A DNA stretch of 63,461 nt, filler included. It is 6 parts of 6 records of this genome, joined end to end, with 100 filler letters (N's around TTAATTAATTAA, not from the genome) between each part and the next. Parts side by side here need not be neighbours in the genome. Positions count along the whole stretch, not along the records: positions 5,947 to 25,056 come from SRR31156797_33553; positions 25,157 to 38,635 come from SRR31156797_33581; 4 more parts are not named here. The stretch is one strand, 5' to 3'. This document shows, piece by piece, positions 21,201 to 28,327 of this stretch (position 1 is the stretch's first letter; each line of letters opens with the position of its first letter). A program made the position numbers and the translations under genes. The notes under the pieces are model-generated. The model ran no database searches. It saw only the letters and a list, made by a program, of their open reading frames with translations, and was not told where the DNA came from.

Positions 21201-22619
21201 AGCAACGGCCAATACTTCATCCGCATTAAGCGACATGTTTAAAGAGATAAATCCTAAGCGACTGTTTAAGGTATACTCAGATGCAGATAATAAGCGTGCA
21301 CTTTCTATTTTTTCGAAATCTCTACCATTTACAAGATTCGTCCCATTAAAGGTTGAGCTAATTTGGTTTATATCTCGAACGGCAGCATAAGAGTCTGTTA
21401 AAGTTGTGTATACATCATTAGCTTCGTTATCAGGAGCAATGTAATCAGGAGCCACCCATCTGTCATTATATATATTTTTTCCTGTTTCTCCAATATCCAT
21501 TAAGGCCAGTATATTTCTGGCTTCGTCATATTTTCCTGCACGGTTAGTAACCCAAACTTCAATTCTGGTAATATTAATTTTAGAGGTGGTTGGGTAATCT
21601 TCTTGAGACGACTCATACTCATCTCTAAAAAAGTTGGATAAGAAGAAGTGCCTGTTTTTGTCGTATTCATTAATCGGAATTTCGAACTCCTGCGTTTGCG
21701 CACCACCCTGAATATCCATAACCGAGGTTTCTCCTTTTTGTTGCGAAAAAATGGAGGTCACGCTAAGTTTTCCAAACTGCATTTCGGTTTTTACACCAAA
21801 CAGACTTTGGCTACCCGTAATTAAAGTACCTGGTAGAGGCAGAGATACATTACCGGCTTCAATAGATTGAATAATATCGTCTTCTTTTCCCTCATATTCC
21901 AGTTTCATTTCATTTTCAAACTCAAATGTAGCCTCAGTATTATAATTTATACCCAGTTTCATTTTGTCGCCAATAGTACCCTGGATGTTCATTTGAATTT
22001 TTTCCTGAAAATCGAATGTGGTAGTTTTTCTCAGGTTTTCCTGCAAAGTAGGATTGTCAATTTTTGTATGACTCACACCGATTTTTAATTCGGCCATACC
22101 TTGTGGCTTGATATTGATCAGGTTACTGCCGAAAATATTATCCAAACCTCCGGCCAAATTAAAGGATGGGTTTAATATACTGAACTTTCCATCTTCTCCT
22201 TTATTACGCGAACGAGCTTCCCAATAGGATAGCATAGATTTTCGGGTTTCTTCATCCATGTATTCATTTAAGGTCATGGAATATGGAAGCTTGATATTGA
22301 TATTGCCAATTTTGCGATATAAATGTACCAGGCCTGTTTCTTGATCGTATTCAACGGTATATTCAAGGGTTTCAGATTCCGGAAGTTCCATTGCTTTTTG
22401 TTGCTCCGGATTAATAAAAGGATTGTTGTTATCCGGAACCAGGTCAGGAAATCGCTGTCCATTGCCTTGTTGCAAGGTGTCAGGTTGCTGAGGATTGGCT
22501 CCTAAATCACCATTTTGCATGTTTGGTTTAGCCCCTGTATAAGCGGAGCTGACAAATGCGGTAAGTATAAAAATACTTGTAAATATATATGGAAAAACTT
22601 TGCTCAAGTTTTTGTACAT
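15252..22619 (-). CDS. sprA: Type IX secretion system outer-membrane translocon SprA/Sov
   Basis: 2455 aa; N-terminal 'INYNTEATFEFEN.MKL.Y.G.EDDIIQSIEAGNVSLPL...GSQSLFG' motif; follows ruvA as is usual in Bacteroidota; C-terminal beta-strand. Confidence 0.95.
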   Translation of the reverse strand: MYKNLSKVFPYIFTSIFILTAFVSSAYTGAKPNMQNGDLGANPQQPDTLQQGNGQRFPDLVPDNNNPFINPEQQKAMELPESETLEYTVEYDQETGLVHLYRKIGNINIKLPYSMTLNEYMDEETRKSMLSYWEARSRNKGEDGKFSILNPSFNLAGGLDNIFGSNLINIKPQGMAELKIGVSHTKIDNPTLQENLRKTTTFDFQEKIQMNIQGTIGDKMKLGINYNTEATFEFENEMKLEYEGKEDDIIQSIEAGNVSLPLPGTLITGSQSLFGVKTEMQFGKLSVTSIFSQQKGETSVMDIQGGAQTQEFEIPINEYDKNRHFFLSNFFRDEYESSQEDYPTTSKINITRIEVWVTNRAGKYDEARNILALMDIGETGKNIYNDRWVAPDYIAPDNEANDVYTTLTDSYAAVRDINQISSTFNGTNLVNGRDFEKIESARLLSASEYTLNSRLGFISLNMSLNADEVLAVAFEYDYNGETRKVGEFSGDGLESSATLFLKLIKSTNLTPSVKPTWDLMMKNIYAIGAYQVNREDFVFDVTYVDDSTGALINYFPDEHELNGKLFLNIMDLDKLNDVYDPQSDGTFDYIENYTIYSQNGRVIFPVLEPFGSHLLEKLGGDANSSLWKKYGYQALYDSTQTLATQDAEKNKFRLTGSYKSSSSSEISLNAQNIPQGSVIVTAGGIKLVENVDYTVDYSFGTVKIINQGLVNSGQPIQVSLESQSLFNLQTKTLMGTHMNYQINKDFNIGATLMHLRERPLTQKVSFGDEPIANTIYGFNTSYFSESQWLTNVLNNIPLLQVKEPSSITFEGEFAQLVPGHPNVIKDEGEAFIDDFEGTKISIDMRNWTAWNLASAPQDELLLGENATNINDLSTGYNRAKVAWYMIDPLFSRNNQFTPQHIKDNLDLQSNHYSREVYIKELFPEQDVATGTPTNISVLNFAYYPKERGPYNFSDNLDYDGYLNSPEDNWGGIQRRVETSDFEAANIEYIEFWLMDPFIYNQDPEKAGELYINLGNISEDVLRDSRKFFEQGMPGPDEAFEVDTTTWGLVPTKQSLVSAFSNEADARIRQDIGLDGLTSDQEITFYEDFMNSIENLRGNGGLSDAAYSNIINDPSADDYHYFRGSDYDSQKLTILDRYKNFNGPEGNSVPSEYSPESYATASISNPNMEDINRDNTLSESESYYQYKVTLDPNQMEVGRNYIADIRSAEVNLKNEKTETINWYQFRIPVNVPDSVVGSISDMRSIRFLRMFMHGFQDTTILRFATLDLVRSDWRKYTSDLAETDETVFPNTETSFEVGAVNIEENSTRSPINYVLPPGVDRVIDPANPQLQELNEQSLSLKLTDLARNDRKAVFKTMSMDMRQYGRLKMEVHAEEVVNGEIGDNNVRAFIRLGSDTKNNYYEYEIPLEMTAHGATIDDDIWPESNRFDFAFEELQSVKLKRNQSTHPVNEVYPVKVGENYIKIKGNPNLGNIRTIMIGVRSIADEDVSFEVWFNELRLTDFDEDGGWAATARMNIKLSDLGNLSLAGNTHTVGFGSIDQSVTERSQEDFYQYDIATNLELGKFTGAKSRLSIPFYYGYSKEVASPEYYPLDPDIPLDVALDNAESEAEKDSIKRMSQDVVTRKSINFTNVKLKPKNNKSRIYDISNVSATYSYNITKARDINTEEKIDKNYRGVLAYNFNNRPKAIEPFKKNNALKGEAFKVIKDFNFYLMPTQISYRNEMIRRYSQEQLRNLNNPTFKIPLTVSKNFNWNRYFDLRYNLTKNLKFDFKSTTNARIDEPLSVLEVNKDLEDDYKIWKDSVISNILNGGRVTNYQHNYNVSYKLPINKLPYLSWTSANIKYTGMYRWQTAPQTTSSDIVWGNTISNSNNIQGTTQFNLTTLYNRSKYLKGLSRKYGTSRGNQKKNNKVTVRYNKEGITLKKGEPYIIKHKLKADNVRIRIYDQNGRTARGKTTTIDQNNSEFIPDSDYDNARIMATGTREDKTTILGTIVDYTAMVATGVKNISLNYTETNGTILPGYLPSTKLLGSSSYNGYNAPGFGFVAGWQDRNFAQKAAEKGWITKDNINQAYVMTHQEDFTIKTTFEPLKGFRIDLTANRRYSNNLNEYYQMEEGKFSAKNTRESGNFSMTYNIIGTAFQKVSKTGTYESEAYNQFLENRQLIANRLIEKRIGLTNPTNNEGYNPESENFESGYGLNSQEVLIPAFLAAYSGKDANNIFLNIFPNLAKVQPNWRFTYNGLSKIKLFQKYVRSFDITHSYRSTYNVGSYVTNSDFDDNNATDINWIRDLQGNFYSQYQVNSVTLNETFSPLIGFNITWKNNLTTRIENKKTRTLNLSLANSQLIENHNHELVLGFGYRFDKMDMILGGKGGGQKKISSDLNLRLDFSIRDNIALIRRIEDNVSQLTSGQKINTVKFTADYVLSDRFNMQLYYDRVVNSPYISLSYPTTNSNFGVSFRFSLAQ

Positions 22620-22659
22620 GGTTATAGCTTACTATTTATTAACAGCTGATGTTTAGTTA

Positions 22660-23241
22660 TTAAAGCATTTTAAGTGCTTTTTTAATCACTTCTTCCACTT
22701 TTGCACCGGGTTCTGCTGCTAAAATTTTATCAATTACTTTTTGTGCACTGCCTTTTACAAAACCTAACATCACTAAAGCAGATAACGCCTCATCCTTTAT
22801 TGTATTGTTTGGTTCTGCAAATATTTTTTGATCTACAGGTTCTTTTCCAAGCTTGTCTGTCAGGTCTACAATAATACGTTGAGCCGTTTTAGCGCCAATT
22901 CCTTTTATCCCTTTTAATACGTTTACATTGCCGGTTACAATGGCATCATGAATTTCTCCCGGCGACATGGAAGACAACATCATACGAGCCGTATTTGAAC
23001 CAATACCACTTACAGAAATAAGGTGCGTGAAAATATTTCGTTCTGTTGTCTCGTAAAATCCATACAACTGGTGCGCATCTTCTCGGATATGCTCATATAA
23101 ATACAGTTGAATCTCCTTTTGGTTCTGAAGCTTTGTGTAGGTATTTACCGAGATATTTATAAAATAGCCCATACCGTTGTTTTCAACTATACAATGTGCC
23201 GGGCTGGCTTCTATTATATGACCTTTGATATATTCAAGCAT
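22660..23241 (-). CDS. ruvA: Holliday junction branch migration protein RuvA
   Basis: MLEYIKG...LYGF...SVSGIG...KGIGAKTAQRIIVDL...EALSALVMLGF; start at ATG 23241. Confidence 0.97.
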   Translation of the reverse strand: MLEYIKGHIIEASPAHCIVENNGMGYFINISVNTYTKLQNQKEIQLYLYEHIREDAHQLYGFYETTERNIFTHLISVSGIGSNTARMMLSSMSPGEIHDAIVTGNVNVLKGIKGIGAKTAQRIIVDLTDKLGKEPVDQKIFAEPNNTIKDEALSALVMLGFVKGSAQKVIDKILAAEPGAKVEEVIKKALKML

Positions 23242-23303
23242 TTTCAATTATCAGTTATCAGTGAGCAGTTATCAATTAACAGTTATCAATTATCAGTAAA
23301 CAG
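23241..23303 (+). repeat. Heptamer tandem array, left arm (TTATCAG-like x9)
   Basis: TTTTCAA TTATCAG TTATCAG TGAGCAG TTATCAA TTAACAG TTATCAA TTATCAG TAAACAG in unbroken 7-nt register. Confidence 0.9.
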
Positions 23304-23333
23304 TAATTGGTTAATTATAGCTCCTTTATATTA

Positions 23334-23690
23334 TCATGTTTTATTTATTCGGGTTGATTTTAATATAGAAAATAGAATTTTGGCTAATTCATCTGCCAAT
23401 TGATATAAAGCAATGTGTTTATCTTGCGATATAAGCTCTACCTTTAATAATAAATCCAACCAATATTTTTTTTCTAAAGTCACTTTATAAGCGATGCTCA
23501 CTTTACTTGAGAAATCGGCACTAGAAATTGCTCCGTTGGCTTCAGCCAGATTGGCACCAATAGAAGTACCGCTTTTTTGTAATTGCCTGGCTATGTCATA
23601 CTCACGGTTGTTTTCTTTTAAGTGTTGACAAAACTTAATGACTTCAACTGAAAAAGCGAGGGCTTTTTCATATGCTATACTTTTACTCAT
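23334..23690 (-). CDS. Four-helix-bundle protein (23S rRNA IVS protein / TIGR02436-like, Avd-like fold)
   Basis: 118 aa; RQLQKSGTSIGANLAEA...DF..K..IA.K...E..YWL signature. Confidence 0.92.
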   Translation of the reverse strand: MSKSIAYEKALAFSVEVIKFCQHLKENNREYDIARQLQKSGTSIGANLAEANGAISSADFSSKVSIAYKVTLEKKYWLDLLLKVELISQDKHIALYQLADELAKILFSILKSTRINKT

Positions 23691-23803
23691 TAGGTATTAA
23701 GATTGGTGGTTTTGTGAATTATAAACTATATTTTATTTTTTATATCAGTATTCTTATTGTTTAATACTTTTGTTCTTAAATATTCCTCGTTGTGAGCTTA
23801 ATA

Positions 23804-23880
23804 TTGTCCCTTGTTTGTTGTCTACTGTTACCTGATCACCTTTCCCTGTTAACTGTTCCTTGTTAACTGATCTCTGTCTA
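23804..23880 (-). repeat. Heptamer tandem array, right arm (CTGTTAA-like x11), inverted relative to the left arm
   Basis: + strand: TTGTCCC TTGTTTG TTGTCTA CTGTTAC CTGATCA CCTTTCC CTGTTAA CTGTTCC TTGTTAA CTGATCT CTGTCTA. Confidence 0.8.
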
Positions 23881-24918
23881 GTGAATCGCATTCCATCCTT
23901 GTGCCTGAATTTCTACTTCCTGATCGCTGTCGGTTATCAGAAATTTACCTTTGCTTTCTTCGGTTATATGGCCAATGGTATGAATTTTTAGATCCGTTTC
24001 TTTACTGAATTTCTCGTAATCTTCCATGGAAATGGTAAATAACAATTCATAATCCTCACCGCCGTTTAAGGCTGCAATAGTTGGATTCATATTGATTTCT
24101 TCAGCCATTAAAGAAGTGGCATGATCAATTGGAATTTTGTTTTCGTAAATGCGACAACCGGTTCCGGATTGCTTGCAGATATGCAGAATCTCAGAAGAAA
24201 GACCATCTGAAATATCAATCATGGCATTTGGTTTAACGCCAATTTCTTTTAAAAAGTCAATCACATCTTTTCGGGCTTCTGGTTTTAACTGACGCTCTAA
24301 AATATAATCATAACCAGATAAATCAGGTTGAACAGCAACGTTGCCTTCGTGTACTCTTTTTTCGCGCTCCAACACTTGCAAGCCCATATAGGCCGCACCT
24401 AAATCGCCGCTTACGCAAATTAAATCGTTAGGTTTTGCACCACTTCTGTATACTACTTTTTCTTTTTCGGCTTCGCCAAGGGCTGTAATACTAAGGGTTA
24501 AACCGGTTAATGAAGATGAGGTGTCGCCACCGATTAAATCTACTTGATGACGATCGCAAGCCAATTGAATACCGGCATAAAGTTCTTCGAGATGAGGTAA
24601 TTTAAATTTAGAACTAACACCTATGGAAACAGTAATCTGTTTAGGAGTGGCATTCATGGCATAAACATCGCTCAGGTTTACCATTACAGCTTTGTAACCC
24701 AGATGTTTTAATGGTGTGTAAACCAAATCGAAATGAATACCCTGTAATAATAAATCTGTAGTAACAATGGTTTGTTTATCCTTGTAATCTAAAACAGCTG
24801 CATCATCGCCCACACCTTTTACGGTACTTTCACTTTTTATTTCAAACTGTTTTGTAAGGTGCTCAATCAACCCAAATTCGCCTAAAGACTCCAGGCTTAG
24901 TTCTTTATTATCGCTCAT
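23878..24918 (-). CDS. thiL: Thiamine-monophosphate kinase
   Basis: GEFGLI, GVGDDAA, NLSDVYAMNA, GGDT, DISDGL, GGEDYELLFT. Confidence 0.97.
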   Translation of the reverse strand: MSDNKELSLESLGEFGLIEHLTKQFEIKSESTVKGVGDDAAVLDYKDKQTIVTTDLLLQGIHFDLVYTPLKHLGYKAVMVNLSDVYAMNATPKQITVSIGVSSKFKLPHLEELYAGIQLACDRHQVDLIGGDTSSSLTGLTLSITALGEAEKEKVVYRSGAKPNDLICVSGDLGAAYMGLQVLEREKRVHEGNVAVQPDLSGYDYILERQLKPEARKDVIDFLKEIGVKPNAMIDISDGLSSEILHICKQSGTGCRIYENKIPIDHATSLMAEEINMNPTIAALNGGEDYELLFTISMEDYEKFSKETDLKIHTIGHITEESKGKFLITDSDQEVEIQAQGWNAIH

Positions 24919-25056
24919 ATAGCTCTCTACATTATTCTTTAAGCCTGCAAAATTAATAAAAAATGGTAGTCTATAGCATAATATTAACGGGCATTATGGA
25001 TAGGGTTACAAATTGTCAGAAAAAATAAAGGCGAAGCCCATATAAAATGACTTCGC

Positions 25057-25156
25057 NNNNNNNNNNNNNNNNNNNNNNNNNNNNNNNNNNNNNNNNNNNN
25101 TTAATTAATTAANNNNNNNNNNNNNNNNNNNNNNNNNNNNNNNNNNNNNNNNNNNN
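25057..25156. other. Artificial contig spacer
   Basis: N44-TTAATTAATTAA-N44. Confidence 0.99.
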
Positions 25157-26660
25157 CCAGGCTCATGGCGAAGGTCGCGAACAAACAGAGCCCGCTGCAA
25201 TTGGCCAGGCAGAACATGTCCTGCTGGGTCTTGACGATTTCGGCTTTGAATTCGACCGTCTGCAGGCCCATCGAGTTCATCACCTCGTCGGCGATCGGCC
25301 AGGCCCGCAAATGACAGCCGCCGCGATCGCTGGTCGCGTAAGCAAGCGACATGCCCTTGCTGGCACGCGGATCGTAGGCCGGCAGTTCCAAACCCTTGAC
25401 GTGGGCGGCGAAATCTTCCGATCCCGGGATCTGTTCGGCGATGGCCTTGACGCCCATCGACCACAGTTCGCCGGGGCCTTCGCGTTTGCCGATCAGATGC
25501 AGGGCGTCGAGGATGGCCGTGCCGTTGCCCCAGCGCAGATCGAGGCCACCGGCGTCTTTTGGCGCAAGCAGGCCGCGTTCGGCGCATTCGATCAGGAAAC
25601 CGATGACGTTGCCGGCCGATACCGCATCGAGACCGTAGGCGTCGCACATATGTTCGGCTTCGATGACGATGGCGATGTCGTTGTTTCCGCAATGGGCCCC
25701 GAAGGACCAGACCGTTTCGTATTCGGGCCCCTCGGTGAAGGCCCCTTTCAGCGGCCCTTCCGATACCCGCGCGATCTTGGAACACCGGATGGTGCACGAC
25801 ATGCAGGCCCGATGGCGTTCATAGAACTTGGCGACCTGGTGTTCGTCGATGCCGTCGGGTTCGGGCGAGATGCCGCTGAAATTGCGGACCGGATGAACCC
25901 CGACATAATCCATCAGCGACAGGATCACGTTGGTGCCGAATTCCGGCCGGGCTGAACCGGTGTCCGGACTGTTGGCGATTTCGTTGAAGGATTCCCTGAT
26001 CAAACGGTCGAATTCGTCCGGCATCGCGATCGATATCGCGCCCTGGCCCCGGGCGACGATGGCCTTGAGGTTCTTCGAACCCATGACGGCACCGGCGCCG
26101 CCGCGCCCGAAGATGCGGTATTCGGACAAAATCCCGGCCAGCGGCGACAGGCGTTCGCCGGCCTGGCCGACGCAGGCGATCTTGTGATCGGTGGAGAAGC
26201 GGCGCTTCAGGACCTTGTGCGTCTCGATGGCGTCGACGCCCCACAGGTCTTCGGCATCCAACAATTCGGCTTCGCCGTCGGCAATAGAAAGCATGACCGG
26301 ATGGGCCGCCGCGCCCGAGACGATGATGGCGTCGAACCCGGCGTATTTCAGTTCCGGCCCCAGGGACCCGCCGCAGTTGGAATCGAGCCACAACCCCGTC
26401 GCCGGGCTTTTCGTACAGACCTCCATGCGGCCGCTGGTCGGCACCATGGTTCCGGTCAGCGTGCCGGTGGCGAAGACCAGCATGTTTTCAGGCGCAAGAG
26501 GATCGCAGCCGGCCGGCAGGCGTTCCGACAGAATTTGCGCGCCGAAGCCTTTGCCGCCCAGATATTCCGTCGCCAGGGATCGGGGCAGGTCGCGGATCTC
26601 GACCGTACCGGCGCTCAAATCCACCTCGAGGATCCGTCCGGCGTAACCGTGCCATGCCAT
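25157..26660 (-). CDS. Aldehyde:ferredoxin oxidoreductase (AOR/WOR family), 3' truncated
   Basis: True start MAWHGYAGRILEVDLS at 26660; GRGGAGAVMGSKNLKAI, EGPEYET, DAYGLD, HVKGLELPAYDPR, DRGGCH motifs. Confidence 0.93.
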
Positions 26661-26662
26661 GG

Positions 26663-27049
26663 CTACATCCTCCTGATCGCCCCGGTGGGGCATTGGGTGA
26701 CGCACTTGAATTCGCCGTCGCAGGTGTCGCAGATCATCGGCATGGAATCGCGCGGATCGACCTGAACCCCCTTGAAGGTGCAGGCATCGACGCAATCCAG
26801 GCAGCCGGTGCATTTGTCCTTGTCGAGGCGCAGATAGCCGTCCCAGACCAAGGCATCGTCGTTGCAAGCGGTGATGCAGGGTTTTTTCGGGCATCCGACA
26901 CAGACGCCGATGGTTTTGATGACGGGCCAGTCGTCTTCGATGCGGATGCGGGAAAAAGCCAACGATTGCAGCGGACGCTCGTGCGACCAGGAACAGGCCT
27001 GCATGCACAAAAGGCAATTCGTGCATAACGCCTTTTTCAGCTTGAACAT
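26663..27049 (-). CDS. 4Fe-4S dicluster electron-transfer subunit (AorA-like)
   Basis: CTNCLLCMQAC, CVGCPKKPCITAC, CTGCLDCVDAC, CDTCDG...CVTQCPTGA; ends 2 nt before the AOR start. Confidence 0.9.
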   Translation of the reverse strand: MFKLKKALCTNCLLCMQACSWSHERPLQSLAFSRIRIEDDWPVIKTIGVCVGCPKKPCITACNDDALVWDGYLRLDKDKCTGCLDCVDACTFKGVQVDPRDSMPMICDTCDGEFKCVTQCPTGAIRRM

Positions 27050-27084
27050 GGGTGAAACACCTAAGCCGGATTCACGATATTTTT

Positions 27085-27168
27085 GTTCAGTATTATGAAC
27101 CAAAAGTCAGCATAACAAACCAAGGATCCGGCTGCCATGGAAACGACCACCGGTTCATCATGCTGAAC
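27085..27168. promoter_or_regulatory. Two GTTCA-N6-TGAAC palindromes upstream of the Fe-S/AOR operon
   Basis: GTTCAgtattaTGAAC (27085-27100) and GTTCAtcatgcTGAAC (27153-27168). Confidence 0.55.
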
Positions 27169-27185
27169 CGGCAAATGAAGGGCGC

Positions 27186-27220
27186 AAAAAAACCGGCGGG
27201 AACAAGCCCCGCCGGTCTTT
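27186..27220 (-). terminator. Intrinsic terminator after the phoH-like gene
   Basis: ACCGGCGGG/CCCGCCGGT stem; A7 on + gives a U-tract on -. Confidence 0.85.
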
Positions 27221-27232
27221 GGGAAATACGCT

Positions 27233-27964
27233 TTAAACGACGGTCAGGATATCGGCGACCAGTGGATGGCGGACGACATCGCCGTCGGTCAATTGCACGA
27301 CGCTGACCGCCTCGAGGGCTTCCAGCCGCCGGGATATATCGGCGAACCCGGACATGCCGGGCAGCAGGTCGGACTGGTCCGGATCGCCGGTGATAACCAT
27401 GGTCGAATGCCAGCCCAATCGGGTCAGCAGCATCTTCAATTGGCCGTAGGTGCAGTTCTGGGCCTCGTCGATGACGACGAAGGAATTGTTGAGCGTGCAT
27501 CCCCGCATATAGGCCACCGGCGCGATTTCGATGGTGCCGTCGGCCATCAGGGATTTCAGCTTTTTGCCGCCCAGCCGGTCGGTCAGGGCGTCATAGAGGG
27601 GCCGCAAATAGGGAGCCAGTTTCTGTTCGATATCGCCCGGAAGGAAGCCCAGGCTTTCGCCGGCTTCGATGGCCGGTCGCGTCAGCAGGATCCGCCCGAC
27701 CCTGCCCGCCTGCAGGGCTTCGACCGCCTTCGAGACGGCCAGATAGGTCTTGCCGGTACCGGCCGGCCCGAGGGCGACGACCATGTCGTAGCTGTCGATG
27801 GCCTCCATCAGAAGGCGTTGATTGTCGCTGTGCGGGCGAACGTGCCTTACGTAGCTTTTGTCGCGGATCGTTTCGTCAAGAAATTCCCCGTGGTTATGGT
27901 CGGGAAACAACGGCTGTACGGTGGCGTCGTGAGCCGCGGCCCGACGTGATGAGCGTTTTCCCAT
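27233..27964 (-). CDS. PhoH-family ATPase (stand-alone)
   Basis: GPAGTGKT, TRPA.EAGE.LGFLPG, DEAQN, GDPDQSDL, DVVRHPLV; ATG 27964 follows a GGAG RBS. Confidence 0.93.
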   Translation of the reverse strand: MGKRSSRRAAAHDATVQPLFPDHNHGEFLDETIRDKSYVRHVRPHSDNQRLLMEAIDSYDMVVALGPAGTGKTYLAVSKAVEALQAGRVGRILLTRPAIEAGESLGFLPGDIEQKLAPYLRPLYDALTDRLGGKKLKSLMADGTIEIAPVAYMRGCTLNNSFVVIDEAQNCTYGQLKMLLTRLGWHSTMVITGDPDQSDLLPGMSGFADISRRLEALEAVSVVQLTDGDVVRHPLVADILTVV

Positions 27965-28327
27965 GAAGTTCTCCGTTTGGCCCAAGAGTTTGAGTTAGAC
28001 AGTCGGTGAACGCGCACATATCCGCGATTGCCGGCAAGGGGGCGGCAAGGCGGCAAACACAAGGTAACTTCGGGAATTTTAGGGGGATGGGTGCCGTTGT
28101 CAGGGGACACGGAACCCCTGTCTTCACTAACGGCCATGGTAAAGGTCCGGACGATTGTCATTAACCGAAGGCTATCCTTTTCCGATTCTATTGTCGCACA
28201 ATATTTTGTTTTGTCACCGAAAATTAATACAAGATTTTGATTTCAAATTTGTTAACCCGCAATATTTGTTTTGATCTTCCGTTTCCGCTTGCGGACGGGC
28301 GACAGTTTCGATAGCTAGCTGGAAGGC

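Noticed and set aside
23107-23403. 98-aa ORF with QLSVIS-type repeats
   Set aside because: Translation of the heptamer array, antisense to ruvA and the four-helix gene.
23241-23880. CRISPR or DGR interpretation of the repeat cassette
   Set aside because: No spacers or cas genes; no reverse transcriptase or TR/VR pair near the Avd-like gene.
25021-25056. GCGAAG...CTTCGC hairpin at contig end
   Set aside because: Probably an ordinary terminator of an unseen upstream gene; truncated, so not assessable.
26661-27026. N-terminal extension of the 641-aa AOR ORF
   Set aside because: Out-of-frame overlap with the 4Fe-4S gene; AOR homology starts at 26660.
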